Made by a program: the position numbers and the translations under genes
Source of the DNA: Felis catus
Taxonomy: Eukaryota
Assembly (NCBI RefSeq): GCF_018350175.1
Contig: NC_058383.1
Location: forward strand, 14,696,001 to 14,760,000
Direction: 5' to 3'
DNA: 64,000 nt
Notes under the pieces: generated by a model
The model's input: the letters and a program-made list of their open reading frames with translations, nothing else
Database searches by the model: none
What the model was told of the DNA's origin: nothing
Part shown: piece after piece, positions 12,722-25,559 of the stretch
Layout of the letters: each line of letters opens with the position of its first letter
How positions within the stretch are numbered: position 1 is the first letter of the stretch

Positions 12722-14563
12722 TGTAGAATAACAGAAAACATTTACGTTGGTTCCTGCCCCTGGTTCCTGGCACTGAGCTTCTAAAACCCTTGAAATTTCC
12801 TCCATGATAAGAACAATGGGAGCGGTTTTTTTGTTCTAGTATTTGGTCTTTCAGCCTGGTCGCTGACACAGAGCTCCTAACTCCTTTGGAATCTCCCTGG
12901 AGACAGGAGCGTCTTTTGTTTTAGTGAGGTGACTCTTGGGATCTCCTGGACAGCTTCAGAATGGGGGCTGGCCACCAGAAGGGCCAAGCCATTAAAGCCA
13001 CAATGAGATAGCACCTCATACCCGTTAGGATGTCGATTACCAAAAAGACAAGAGGTACCAGTATTGACTGGGTTGTGCAGAAACCTGTGCACGGCTGGTG
13101 GGAATGCAAACTGGTGCGGCCACTGGGGAAAATGGTACGGAGGCTCCTGAGAAAGTAAGAACAGAATTACCGTATGGTCCAGCAATCCCACTTGGGGGTA
13201 TATATCCGGGGGAAATGAAGTCACTATCTTGAAGAGATATCTGCTCTCTCGTGTTCAATGCTGCATTCTTCACAATAGCCAAGATACAGAAACAACCTAA
13301 GTGTCCATCAACAGATAAGGGAACAGGTAAGGGGATAAAGAAAATGTGGCATATACATATAAAAGGGAATATTACGCAGTCGTGAAAAAAGGAAAATCCT
13401 GCCATTTTGGTGACAACGTGGATGGACCCGAGGGGCATTAAGCTGACTGGATTAAGCCAGAGAAAGACAGATAACCATATCACCCCACACTTATATATGG
13501 AATCTAAAACAGCAACAACAAAAAAGTCAAACTCACAGAAACAGAGTAGGGTGGCGGTTGCCAGGGGCTGGGGGGGGGGGGGAATAGGGAGAGTCAGGGA
13601 AAGGGGTACCATTTTCAGTCGTAAGATGAATGAGGTCTAAGGATCAAATATATAGGATCAAATATATATCAAGGTGACTATAGTTGGCATTACTGTATTG
13701 TATAACTGGAATTTTCTAAGAGTAAAGCTTCAGTACACACACACACACACACACGCACACACACACACATGGGTAAATGTATGAGGTGATGGATATGTTA
13801 ACCGGCACACGGTGAGCATTCTCTCATGATACATACATATACGTATACAAATCATCATGTTATACGCTTTGTCATTTGATTTGTCACGTCTATGTCAATA
13901 AAGCTGAAAGGAGAGAAAACGATGAAGAAAATGTCCTTAACACAAATTAAACAAACAAGCCATGCTTAGAAGCTTGGAGCTTTTCAGCCCCGTATCCTCC
14001 AGGAAGGGAAGAGAGGTTGGCAATTCCTATCATGATCCATCATGCCTGCATAACGGAGCCTCCATAAAAATCCCCAAAGTACGGGGTGTGGGGAGCTTTC
14101 GGGTTGGTGAACACATCTGTGTGCTAGGAGGGTGGCGCACCCCAACTCCGTGAAAACAGAAGTTCCTGAGCTCAGGGCCTCACCCTGGGTATCTCTTCAT
14201 CTGGCTGTTTATTTGTATCCTTTGAAGTATCCTTTGCGATACATCGGCAATCATCAGTAAACTCTTTTCCTGAATCCTGTGAGCTGCTCTAGCAAATTAT
14301 TGAACCCAAGGAGGGGGTCACGGGAACCCTGATTTATAGCTGCTCGGTTGGAAGTACAGGTGACAGATAATGATGAGACCCGTGAATGGCATATGAATGG
14401 GGGGGGGTGGGCAGAAGCAGTTGTGTGGGGCTGAACCTTTAGCCTGTGGGATCTGATGCTGTCTCCACTCAGTAGCGGAATTGCGTGATGTGGGAAACCT
14501 GCACATCTGGAATCAGAGGTGTTGTGTGAGAGTAAAAGAGAAACGGGGAGATTTTCCTAGACA
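12722..14563 (+). mobile_element. MER21-family (ERVL) solo LTR split by an L1 insertion
   Basis: TG...CA termini, perfect 5-bp TSD gccac (12717-21 / 14564-68), MER21 motifs (ttcctggcactgagcttctaaaacccttg; gagctttcgggttggtgaacacatc). Confidence 0.9.
12993..13955 (+). mobile_element. 5'-truncated L1 (L1MA-like/carnivore) 3' end inserted in MER21 LTR
   Basis: ORF2 C-terminus and 3'UTR motifs (aacaacctaagtgtccatcaacagat), aataaa, TSD caagccat (12985-92 / 13956-63). Confidence 0.9.
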
Positions 14564-16355
14564 GCCACCTAGGGGGATCTCGGTGCAGAGGAGCTAGAGG
14601 TATCACCCAAATCCCTAGGGGCTGAGGTAGAGGGAAGTGGCAGCCTTCACACGGGAACTGCAGGGGGGAGGTCCTGAGTGCAGAGGGCAGGGGGTGTCCT
14701 GGAAAACATGAACATGCCCACGTGAGAAAGAGGAGGCTTTAAGCAGATGCCCAAGCCTGGAGAGCCGAGCCTGGACATCACAGCGGTGTCAGCGGCTAGA
14801 ACACCCCCCTCTTCTTTACCGCACCCCTGCCCCCGTCCCTGCTGGCTCTGAAACCATGGCTGTGGAGCTGGAGGAAGAGCAGTGGGAGAACCAGATGGGA
14901 TCCAGAGAGGATTCCCCCCACCCAAACTGGGGGCTCCCCGGGAGCCAGGGCTCTGGGAGAAATGATGACTTTAAATCCGATTTAGGGTTCTGGTCCGGCG
15001 CGTTAACGACTCTTACTTGACTGAAAGTAACCATCGCACAGAACACTTTTAGTAAGAGCAACCAGAAAAATCCCACCATGTTTTCCCCCGATGATGGAAG
15101 AACAGAGTTCGGGGACACCGGGAGACCAAAACAGAGTCGCCTTCTTTCAAGGGTGCGTGTGTTTAGTTTAAGGGTGCTATATAAAATCATAAAATACTGC
15201 AATGAATTGCAATAGAGAAAGAGGAGACGAATTCTTCTCCATCAGAAGAATGTTTCCCCCTGTGCTCTGAGCGGGGGACCCCAGGTCTGGGGGGCCGTTA
15301 ATGATTGTGGAGTTTTGGCGCCCAACATGGAGTGGTCCGGCATCCGGGAGATATCCCTGCCCATACTGCCCTGTGAAGCCTGGTGGGGAGGAGAAGGTCC
15401 TTGTAGGGGAGGGGAGGGAAATTCTTGGAGCGGTGGAAAGGCAGAATTGGTTTCCTATGGGTAGAAGCTTCCTTTTCAGAGGCTGAGAATGGGCACGACT
15501 TGTGGAGTCCCTACTGGTAGAGTCCTGGCCTTCCTTGTCACTATTTCCCAGACGGGTTGAGCACCAGATGCTGTGGGGCCGGCCAGTCTTTTCTCAGGCT
15601 TAGAGAGTGATACCCGAATGGAAATGATACTTTGAGGAGGAGGGAGCATGTGGGCCCAAGAAATGCATCGAGGAGCCCAGAGCATCATCCCAGAGCCACA
15701 GGCAGGAAGGTAACTATGGCGACTTCCACAGAAGCGCTCCAGGTACCACTCGGGGGGTTTCTCACGCGCTTCTAGGGATTAGGAGGCATTCCTGAAACGT
15801 GGACGAGATCAAATTTCTTGCCACGCTGGTGAGAGAGGCTCAGAGCCCGATCAGATCCGATGGGGAAGTGAAATAATAGCCGCTCTGGAAGACGACACAC
15901 TTGGGCTATATCCGGCTCTGCTCTGAACACATACTGTAAGTGAAACCCACAACAAGGCAGAGGTTTAGAGAGTTTCGCGTTCTCCAACAATTGCGCAGGG
16001 TTGATGAGTTGGGTCCTTGAATTGAACCCATTAACTGAAGGGGAGGCCAGGAAAGAAATTAACTGGGCACTGTGCTAATTCCACATTCTACTGCACTCTC
16101 CTTGGGTTGATTTCGATTGCCTCTACTGGCTTGTATTCTGGCTCCGAAGGAACGTGATCGCTTCATCATTACTGGTGAGTGCACTTTGCTCTTTCTGTGG
16201 CCACGTGGCTCTCGCAGCCTCTGAGTTCAGGAATGGCCCAAGGGTCAGTCCCCCCTCCACACACTCCTTTCCATCTCTTCTCCTCCTTCTCCTCCCTTCC
16301 CATCTGGCTCTCTGTCAAGAATTCTTTTATTTCTCTGGTCCAGCTCCTCCCCTGA

Positions 16356-16900
16356 TGAGTTGGAAAGACCCACTCCTCCTGTGCTGCTCTTTGACTCACA
16401 CTTATGACTACACGCACAACATTCTGGCCCCACGGATGGTGGGTTTTCTCCCACACTGAGCGATTCCATGCAACACGAGCTGGTTGTCTGTAATTCAATT
16501 CAAAGCTGACACTGACCAGAGTTTGCACAGATCCCACAGCTTAAGGGGTCAGCACCCCTGCCCCTCATGACTGCCTCCTACTTCAGATGCCAAGTTACCA
16601 GGTTACCAAGATCCCCAGGTTACCTACAACTTTTGTCCAATTTGTTGACAAATTGGAGGTTCCATGAGCTCCCCACGTTGGATACAATTATTTGCTAGAA
16701 CAGCTCATAGAACTCAGGGAACTCAGAACTCAGAGCTCCCACTTAGGAGCTCTGTCAGGAACCTGGGTCAAAGACTAAATATTAAAATAAAAGATACTTC
16801 TAGTTCTCATATCACTTCAGAAAATTACAAGGATTTTAGGAGTTCTGTGCCAAGAACCAGGGGAATTTATATATACAGATACACACACTATTGTTTCACA
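16356..16900 (-). mobile_element. MER21-family solo LTR with internal deletion
   Basis: TG...CA termini, perfect 5-bp TSD cctga (16351-55 / 16901-05); reverse-complement similarity to both ends of 12722-14563. Confidence 0.88.
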
Positions 16901-17466
16901 CCTGAGTTCTAGACTTGTATATAAAGCTGATTACTAAACGTCTCACTTGGGCATCTAATGACCATCTCAAAATTAAGTCCCAAACAATTCTTAAACCCTC
17001 TCTTCCTCTAAAAATAACAAAAACCAATTTTAATTAAGTAGCCAACAATAAAACACCTCAGACTCCTTCCCTCCCAGTCTTCTGCATTTCAGTGTTGGTA
17101 ATTCCATTCCCCCAGGTGCTCTAGCTAGTTTCTAGGAAAGATCCTCTCTACTTGTCCTCCTTGTATTTCTTCAGTCCAGTCCATCAGCAAGTCCTGCTGT
17201 TTCTGCCTCTGGAATATTCCCAGTGTGACTCCTCCTTACCCCCCCTCCCACTGCCCCCACACCACTTCTCTCTATCTGGTCCCCAGACTTCAACTTCTCC
17301 TTCTCTGAGTTTGTATCCCGCTCATGAGCCAAAACGACTCTGTAAATCCACAAGTCAGATCACAGCTCTCCTTTGCGTGGAACATTCCCGTGGTTTTGAT
17401 TCACACTCAGATGAAAGGTCAGTATCCTTACCTATAAGAATACTAGGTCCTACATAATCTGACCCC

Positions 17467-17964
17467 TGTATTAGTGTCCTGCTGCTATTGTAACAAGTTA
17501 CCCACATACTCAGGGCTTAAATAACACAAACGTCTTCTCTTACAATGATGGGAGTTTCGAAGTCTAAAATCTGGGTGTCAGGGGGGCTGTGTGCCTTCTG
17601 GAGGATGAAGGGCAGAATCTGTTTCCTTGTCTCTTCCAGTTTCTCCAGGCTGCCTGCATTCCTTGGCCCATGGCCCCTTCCTCCAACTTCAAAGACAAGA
17701 GTCTAGCATCTCCTCTCATCTCTGACCTCTGCTTCCTTCTATCTTGTCTCTATCCATCGAACTCTCCCACCTCCCTCTTATAAAGACCCTTGTCATCACA
17801 CTGGGTCCACCTGGATAATCCAGGATCATCTCCCCATCTCCCCATCTTAAGGTCTTAACTTAAGGACATCTGCAAAGCCCCTTTTACCCTGTAAAGTAAC
17901 ACAACAACAGGTTCCAGGGATTAGGATGTGGACATCTTTGATGGACCCTTATTCAGCCTACTGT
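17467..17964 (-). mobile_element. MLT1 (MLT1C-like) MaLR LTR
   Basis: tgtattagt...gtaacaagttacc...ggataatccaggat...caggttccagggattaggatgtggacatcttt. Confidence 0.88.
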
Positions 17965-18242
17965 CCACTTAAATGCAACTGTGTCTCCTAAACCCCATTC
18001 TCAACACTTCGGCCTCGGACACATTGGGCATCTTGCAGGTCCTGGCTACATTAAACTAGTTCTGGATTGTTGCTAACCGATCAGAGAGGTTTTCTTTTTC
18101 CATCCAGTTTGGAATAGGACCCCCTCCATATTTTATTCCCTCATGCGTCTCTCTTTTTCATAGCACTTACCAATGATCTATTAGATATTTATTGGATCAT
18201 TTTTTTTTCTCCCCCACACTAAATTCCATGAGAATCGTGGTA

Positions 18243-18452
18243 GGGGCACCTGGGTGGCTCAGTCAGTTAAGCGTCCAGCTTCGGCTCAGGTCGTGATCTC
18301 ACAGTTCGTGAGTTTGAGCCCCGAATTGGGCTCTCTGTGCTGACAGCTCAGAGCCTGGAGCCTTCTTCGGATTCTGTGTCTCCCTCTCTCTCTCTGCCCC
18401 TTCCTCACTCGTACCCTGTCTCTCAAATATAAATAAATGTTAAAAAAAAAAA
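18243..18452 (+). mobile_element. CAN-SINE
   Basis: Full-length head, CT tract, A tail. Confidence 0.95.
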
Positions 18453-19767
18453 CAGTGGCACACACGCACACATTTTGTTGTTCACTTTCACATCTCGAAA
18501 AGCGTATGGCACAAAACAGGTACTCAAAAGTACTTGATGATACATGAATAAATGAACAAACCCCTGTTTCTCTAACAATATAGAACGGGATCGGGAACGA
18601 GAAGCTACCTTCAGATGTTTCAGAACTCAGGAGCGTCTGAAGTCCCCAAATTATAAAGCTCTTGTGGCACAGGACTCCTATTTCTTCTTAGGAGTACAAA
18701 GAGCGAGAGGAGATGTAGGCATTTTCTACATCTCTACAGGTGTGCCTCCTGCTTCCCTGCCCTCCATCAACGCACCGGACAGGGCTGAAGCATTACCCTA
18801 CCATGCCACAGAATGCCACAGACGCCACTGGAATAAAAAACCTGGACAAAGACACAGACCCTGGGGCTGGGGAAGGTGGGCGCTGGGGCCATGGGGTCAA
18901 CATGGAGTCAACATGCTCCCGACTTGGGGGCAGATCAGCCCCTTGCTGGTGGTAGTGCACGTTGGGACTTGTAAAAAATAATAATAATAATAACATTGTC
19001 CTCGTCTTCGAAAGGGAGTTGTGTCAGGGCAGAGTGAGCCGGCTCAGGAAAGTGCTGAGCTTAGCACATACACTATAAACAAAACAAATAAACAAGACTG
19101 AGATGCACTGACCTGGAGCAAAGAGATTTGCCAAATGTTTTTGACTATTACAAATCCCTGGCTCTCTATCCCTATGATTCTATTTTCATCCTTTCCTCTC
19201 TTTGGGGAGAAATTCACAGGAGCATTGCAAATGTTGCTGTACAGCCTGAAAATCAGGAAGGAACCACAGAAGTAAAAAATTCATTTCCATAGTAACAGGC
19301 TTGGAACCATCCCGGCTGCCAGTAGAATGAGTCGATTTGATTCATTCCAGCAAACATATCCACAATTTTATTTAAAATGTGAATGGCACAAAGAAGTCAA
19401 CTGGAGGGTCCAGAGAAAACGGCTAGCTCCGAAGTTCAGGGTGGGTTCCGAATCCTAACACGCCCAACACGATTTAAACACGACTTTAAGAGACAGTAGC
19501 AAGTTTTCTCTGCTTTGAAGGCAGTGATTCATCATCTCACGGTGACCTACTAAGTCCTCGCCCCCTGAGGCAAACGGCCCCTTTGAAAGCTTCATTATTA
19601 AATCAGCTTGGTCCACATGACAAGTCAAAGTCATGGCAGCCACCGTGGCGTATGCTGGCCTGAAGTGCCCCAGAAGGGACTTGACAAAGCCAGCTTTTCC
19701 TTTCGAGGTCCAGCATTGGAGCCACTCCTGTTTGCCCTTAGCAAGTCATGTCCTCGTGTTGGAAAGG

Positions 19768-19900
19768 TTCATTTGCTCATTCGTTCGTCCATTCGTTTGC
19801 TCATTCATTCGCCCATTCATTTTCTCCTTCATTCGTCCATTCATTTGCTCATTCGTTCATCCATTCATTCATCTACTCATTCATTCATTCACTTGTTCAT
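19768..19900. repeat. Degenerate (CATT)n repeat, probably an expanded L2 tail
   Basis: ttcatttgctcattcgttcgtccattc... adjoining antisense L2. Confidence 0.8.
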
Positions 19901-20980
19901 GCAATTAATCAGCAGTTATTGCTTTCTTTCTTTTCGTGCGTGTAGTATTAGATACTGAGGATCCCAGAGGTACCCCAGGGGTACCTGTCCTTGAAGAATT
20001 CACATTCTGCTGGGGGCACAGGAACATGTACCAAGATCCCAAAACCGCGGAAATGCCGAAATAGGCTGAGGCACAAGGTGCCGTGGGAACTTAGGGGGAA
20101 GGTGTCTACCTCAACCTACATCTTAGAGGACGAGAGAGATCCTACGGGGAGGTTCCTAGCAGAGGAGATTCCAAACGGTTTCAAATATGTGGAGGTTGAA
20201 ACAGAAGGCACGTGTGGGGAGCATCATACATGTGGGATGCGTGTGGAGGGGTGGGTGTGCAGGAGGAGAGGGGCGTGAGGCTGGCAGGGCAGACAAGGTT
20301 CTGCTCCTGCAGGACCCTGAAATTCTACTCCCGTGTTTGGGCTTGATCTGTTGTGCGAAGTGCACTAGGCACACACCGGTGATGGCTCTTTGGCCAGCAA
20401 GATCGTGGTTATGCCTGTGGTTTAGGAAAGGAGCCCTGGTAGCAAATCTGAAGGTGGGAGCCCGGGCAGGTGTGTGTTGGGGGGGGTCTCTGCAAGAGTC
20501 AAAACGAGGGGTGGTAATGTGTGAACTAAGGGAATAGTGCAGGCATTGGGGGCAGGGGGTGCAGACAAGACGTGCTGAGGAATTTAGAATCATCAGAGCT
20601 TGGCGACAGGCCGGAGATGGAGGGGGAGGGCGAGGGAGGAACACAGAAGGATGAGGCTTCCCTTGAGCGACAGGCAGCGACACTGACGTGTGCGTCAGAG
20701 GAAGAGCATCTCTGATGGCAGAACAGGTGAGTGGGCACGAAGGACAAGACACGTTGAATTTGGGACCCACAGAATTTGAAGTGCTTGGAGGCTAAGGGGG
20801 GTGGGTCTGCGCATTTGGAAGATGTAACTGGGGGACTGAAGCCGAGGATTGAGGTTTGGCAATAGTCATTGCCAGGTTGCAATCACAGGCTTGAGTCAAG
20901 ACCTCCTCGAGTTCGGGACTCACACGATATGTCAAGAGAGCTGAGGAGGGTGGTCTGGGGAACAGAGGTATTTAAGACAC
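19900..20980 (-). mobile_element. L2 remnant
   Basis: G/A-rich antisense L2-like sequence following the CATT tail. Confidence 0.5.
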
Positions 20981-21029
20981 TGGAAGAAGAAGAGAAGACA
21001 GGACCAAAAAATGTCAAAACCAATGAACC

Positions 21030-21126
21030 AGGGTGCCTGGGTGGCTCAGTCGGTTCTGCATATGACTCCTGATCTCAGGGTCGTGAGTTCAAGCCCCACG
21101 TTGGGCGCAAAGCTCACTAAAATAAA
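21030..21126 (+). mobile_element. Short CAN-SINE (tRNA-derived head only)
   Basis: A/B boxes, no CT tract; flanking duplication caaaaccaatgaa. Confidence 0.85.
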
Positions 21127-21951
21127 CACACACACCACAAAACCAAAACCAATGAATAGAACACCAAGTGGGTGAACTGGATGGGGTGTGAATTATATCC
21201 CCACAAAGCCGTTACGTTTTTAAAAAGGAAGAAGGAGTTTCAAAGCGAAGACGGGGGTATGTGTGTTAAATACAGTCAAAGGTCAAGAAAGAGAAGGGCT
21301 CCTGAGTTTCCCAACTAGGAAGATAGTGTTGATCTCAGTCAAAGAGATGCCAAGACGCCTTCAAAGTGGAGGAGACAGAAGCCATATGGCAATGGGTTAG
21401 AAGAGAATTAAGCTAATTGTCTTAAGGATCGGTCAGTCGTCAGCAAGTTTATAGGCCAAGAATTGGGAGCCTGCCGGTAAGAAGTTGCAGAGGAGAGGCA
21501 GAGAAAGGGGTGAACTGAGGTGGCACAGCCCTAGAGGGCAAAGGAGGAGGGAGGTGGGATCCAGGTCCCCCCATGGGTGGGGGCCTCGGGCAGAAGTGGG
21601 CACAGTGACCCCATTGAGTTCGGTAAAATAGGCCAAGGAGGTGGCAGACATTCACTGCTGATGCCTCTCTGTTGTTCTAGAAGTAGGAGGGAGGCCCCTG
21701 CTGAGGAGGGAGGAAGCTTGACGTACCAGTCCCAATGGCCAGGACAGGAAGGTGGAGGCAGGGGACAAAGGTAAAGGATGTACCACAGAGCCTAGGACCC
21801 AGGGGAGGCTGAGAACACAGATTCTTGTGCCTGTGGAACGAACTGGATCACTTTAGCATCTACACTCTGGGGAAGGTACGGCAGTGCCTGACTTAGAACA
21901 GATCTGGATTGACTCCATTCTCCCTGGACGTGGGGAGTAAGAATGATAATA

Positions 21952-22188
21952 GGGGCACCTGTATGGCTCAGTCAGTTGAGCGTCCCACTTCAGCTCAGGT
22001 CATGATCTCACGGTTCTTGAGTTCAAGCCCCACGTTGGGCTCTGTGCTGACAGCTCAGAGCCTAGAGCCTGCTTCGGATTCTGTGTCCCCCTCTTCTCTC
22101 TCTGCCCCTCCCCTGCTTGTGTTCTGTCTCTTTTGCTCTCTCAAAACTAAATAAGCTTTTTAAAAAATCTTAAAAAAAAAAAAAAAAA
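21952..22188 (+). mobile_element. CAN-SINE
   Basis: Full length with long A tail; flanking aagaatga. Confidence 0.95.
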
Positions 22189-23736
22189 AGAATGACAACA
22201 GAACTTTTAGGAACAGAATCGAAGGTGGGCACATCCACTGTGACAGAAGGAGCCAGGGTGGTCACTGTGGCCTTTTCTGTCAGGGAGGCCTGGGTCCAGT
22301 CCATACCCTGGCTCCTGACAAGACTCAACGCCCTTTCCTCCTTTCCTGACTCCCTCTGGGTCCATGCTGTGTTTCTCCTTGATTCTATCAATAGTTCGTT
22401 AAAAACCTTTTCTTACAATAGCAACACATGCTTACCATACACAAGAGAGAAAGAAGAAAAAGAAGAAATTTCTCGATGAAATTGAAGTGAAATTTTCTTG
22501 AAAGAAATTTCATCAAGAAGAAAAAGCACCACCCATAATAAACAAATAACCACACATCTACTAATAGCACTTGGCGTCTTTCTTTCCAACATCTTTCTCT
22601 GCACCTACATGTTTTTAACATCGTTAACATCAAATGTGCAATTTTGCTTCCAGCCCTTAACGTAAAGTTCTCGTCTGAACACCTTCCATGAATATTTTTA
22701 AAAATCTTACTGCAGACATGATTTCAATGCCGCCTAATAGTCCCCTGATTGGATATACCATCCGAGAGGAACATTCTTCCACTTTTAGGTTGCTTCCATT
22801 TTTATTTTATTAAAAATAGAGCTAAAGCAAATGACTGCGCAATTTTTGTGTGTGGCTCTTGTCTCCCAGAAGTAGAATTACTGGTCCAGGGCACCATGAA
22901 TATCTCAAAGACTCTTACCTAATACATGCCGTCCAATTGCTTTCCCGAAGGTTCATCCAACTTACCCTCCCGCCATCAATGTCTGAGAGAAAGAGAACCC
23001 CTTGCTCTGTTCGTTTATCCTTCCTCAGTCAAAATTCCAGTGAAACGTTTAATGAAATGACAGATGGAGTCTAATTCCATACGGAAAAATAAAAACTTGA
23101 GAATACGAAGAAGAAAAAAATTTGCTTGAGTGATGCTGGAAGGAACAATTAAGCCGTGTCCAACTGGGTATTGAAACACAGTTATAAAGCTGCAGTATTT
23201 AAATCTGTAGGATCTGCAAAGTAATAGGTTGGTCTAGAAATAAGCCCTGGTAAATAAGAACATAGGATATGCTATGGAGATACTTTACGTCAGTGCAGGG
23301 GAACTTAATACATAGGGCCTGGGAATCTAGTTAGGATACCGGGTACCAGGACCCACGTTCAGTAGCCAAGGGGTTTCAAATCCTGGTGAAACTTGACAGA
23401 ATATACGAGACCCATGTTTCCAAGCTTGATAAATCCTAGGAGATTGTCTAGACTTCCTAATGTGTGGCTGGGCAGCACTCTGGGAGGTCGCCCACAGCTG
23501 GTTTGCAGGGGAAACATTCACGAATCCTCCATTGATGACCTCTGGCCCCATATGATCTTCTCAGATCCGCCCTTCCCTCCCCTCAAAGGGTCAAATCTGA
23601 AAAGAGGAGAACAAACGAGGCTCAGAGGGAACCCTAAGGGCTCCCGTCGTGGTATTTTCCTTTTGACATTCCAAACATAGCCTCGGACATCCCAGAAACA
23701 TCTGATTTTAGCTGGATTGCGTTCTTCAGGTTAAAA

Positions 23737-24231
23737 CAGGGTTTCTCAACCTCAACCTCATTGACATTTTGGCCCAGATAATTATGTGCAGTGGGGGTGG
23801 GGGTGGGGGTGTCCTGGACTTTGCAGGGTGTTTAGCAACATCCCTGGCCTCTGCTCCCCAGGTGCCAGTAGAATGACTCTCACCCCTCCTGGATGGTGAC
23901 CATCAAAAATTGTCTCCAGGGGCGCCTGGGTGGCGCAGTCGGTTAAGCGTCCGACTTCAGCCAGGTCACGATCTTGCGGTCCGTGAGTTCGAGCCCCGCG
24001 TCAGGCTCTGGGCTGATGGCTCAGAGCCTGGAGCCTGTTTCCGATTCTGTGTCTCCCTCTCTCTCTGCCCCTCCCCCGTTCATGCTCTGTCTTTCTCTGT
24101 CCCAAAAATAAACGTTGAAAAAAAAAATTAAAAAAAAAAATTGTCTCCAGACATTACAAAATACGCCTCGGGTCGGGGGGTGGGGGCAGGGATGCGTGTG
24201 TGTGCAAAATCTGCCTGGCTGAAAACCTCCG
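23737..24231. mobile_element. MER20 hAT-Charlie MITE interrupted by a SINE
   Basis: cagggtttctcaacctc...gtttagcaacatccctggcctc; degenerate 8-bp TSD ggttaaaa/ggttagag. Confidence 0.88.
23919..24135 (+). mobile_element. Young CAN-SINE
   Basis: CpGs intact; perfect 14-bp TSD aaaaattgtctcca. Confidence 0.97.
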
Positions 24232-24843
24232 GGTTAGAGTTGTTTATGTGGGAAAATGTGGATTGCAAGAGTGGTTTTCCAGAGTAATTGGCTGAGGCCA
24301 AAACCCAGGAAATTATTAAATTGAGCGTGTTGGCTTTTTAGAGACAACGTCAGGTTGAGACAATCTCCGGGTTGAGATTCACCTCGACCTATCACGCCCC
24401 CATTATCATTGTGAGCTTCCTAAAAGCGAGGTATTTGGGGCCCCCCCAAAATAGCTGTGATCCTTGATTCTCATCTTACGCACCAAAAGAGGTACAGATG
24501 GATTGCAGAATTAAGAGTTTTAAAACTCAGACCATATAAAGAATAAAAGGAAACAGAAGTCAGTGTTTTTCAAAGGTCTGCATGAGGGCTTTCTAAGTCT
24601 CTCCATGCCATCCCTCTGTGGCTAAAGACCAGCACAGATGAAATTAAATATCAAACAACAAACCAGGAAAAGTATCCACAAAACTTACGAACAGAGTATG
24701 CTGGGTCTTTCTTTTATGAGAAAAACACGAGGACCTCAATGGTTAAACGAGGAAAAGGCCAAAAGCAGAGACAGAAATGAACACAAGCAGAAAATCGGTG
24801 GCTAATGATCATTTGAAAAAAAAAAAAAAATCTATCCACTTCA

Positions 24844-25033
24844 GGGGCGCCTGGGTGGCTCCATCGGTTAAGCGTCCGACTTCAGCTCAGGTCGTGATCT
24901 CACCGTTCGTGGGTTCAAGCCCTGCCTTGGGCTCTGTGCGGACAGCTCAGAGCCTGCCGCCTGCTTTGGATTCTGTGTCTCCCTCCGTCTCTCTCTCTCA
25001 AAAATAAATCAACATCAAAAAAATTAAAAAAAA
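24844..25033 (+). mobile_element. CAN-SINE
   Basis: Head and tail present; degenerate TSD. Confidence 0.93.
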
Positions 25034-25279
25034 AATCCATCTGCTTCACTAATAATCAAAGAGATATACGTCCAAGCAAGATGCAATGTGTGACTGTCAC
25101 ATCAGCAAAGATTAAATAGCAGTGAAACAGCCCAACGTGGACCAGTTTCTGTGCCTTTCGGGGAACATTTCATTTCTCGAGCATCTATGTGTCAGGCACC
25201 AAGTAGGGACCTCTGGATCCCGGGAGCAGAAAGATGTGGTCACTGCCCACAGGCCTCTGGCCTGGTTAGTCAATTGAAT

Positions 25280-25506
25280 TTAACAAATACCTATCACATG
25301 CTAGAAAGGCACTTGACGAATGTCGACACTTTCACTACTTCTCCCAAAAAAACGTATGGAATAGCTACCACTCTCATTCTACTTTACTGATGGGAAAACT
25401 GAGGCACAGAGAGGCTAAGAAGGTCGCCTAGTCACACAGCTGTGGGCTGAGATGGGCGACCGCTGTAAGCAGTTTTGTTCCAGACCCTGCTCTCAACCAC
25501 TGTGCT
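25280..25506 (-). mobile_element. MIR
   Basis: Core tttactgatgggaaaactgaggcacagagaggctaag...gtcacacagct. Confidence 0.85.
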
Positions 25507-25559
25507 AAGCGGGCTCCAGACGGTGTGATGGTCCGACGGCAAACATGAAGAAACAAATC

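Larger units (their letters stand above)
16230..18557 (+). mobile_element. L2 remnant with nested MER21, MLT1 and SINE
   Basis: L2 motifs rejoin across insertions; 3' end ggtactcaaaagtacttgatgatacatgaataaatgaa. Confidence 0.65.

Noticed and set aside
13037..13640. 191-aa and 77-aa ORFs
   Set aside because: Antisense and sense readings of a truncated L1 3' end.
14564..16355. Possible proviral interior between two LTRs
   Set aside because: The LTRs are inverted and have different TSDs; no gag/pol/env similarity seen.
20156..20770. Longest ORF in the track (204 aa)
   Set aside because: Lies in decayed L2-like sequence, Pro/Ser/Cys-rich, no recognisable homology.
21030..21126. tRNA-like sequence with A and B boxes
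   Set aside because: Has an A-rich tail and flanking duplication, so it is a short CAN-SINE rather than a tRNA gene.
24170..24191. G-quadruplex motif (similar G/C runs at ~9318, ~13563, ~32135, ~41626)
   Set aside because: Common and mostly inside repeats; nothing suggests specific function.
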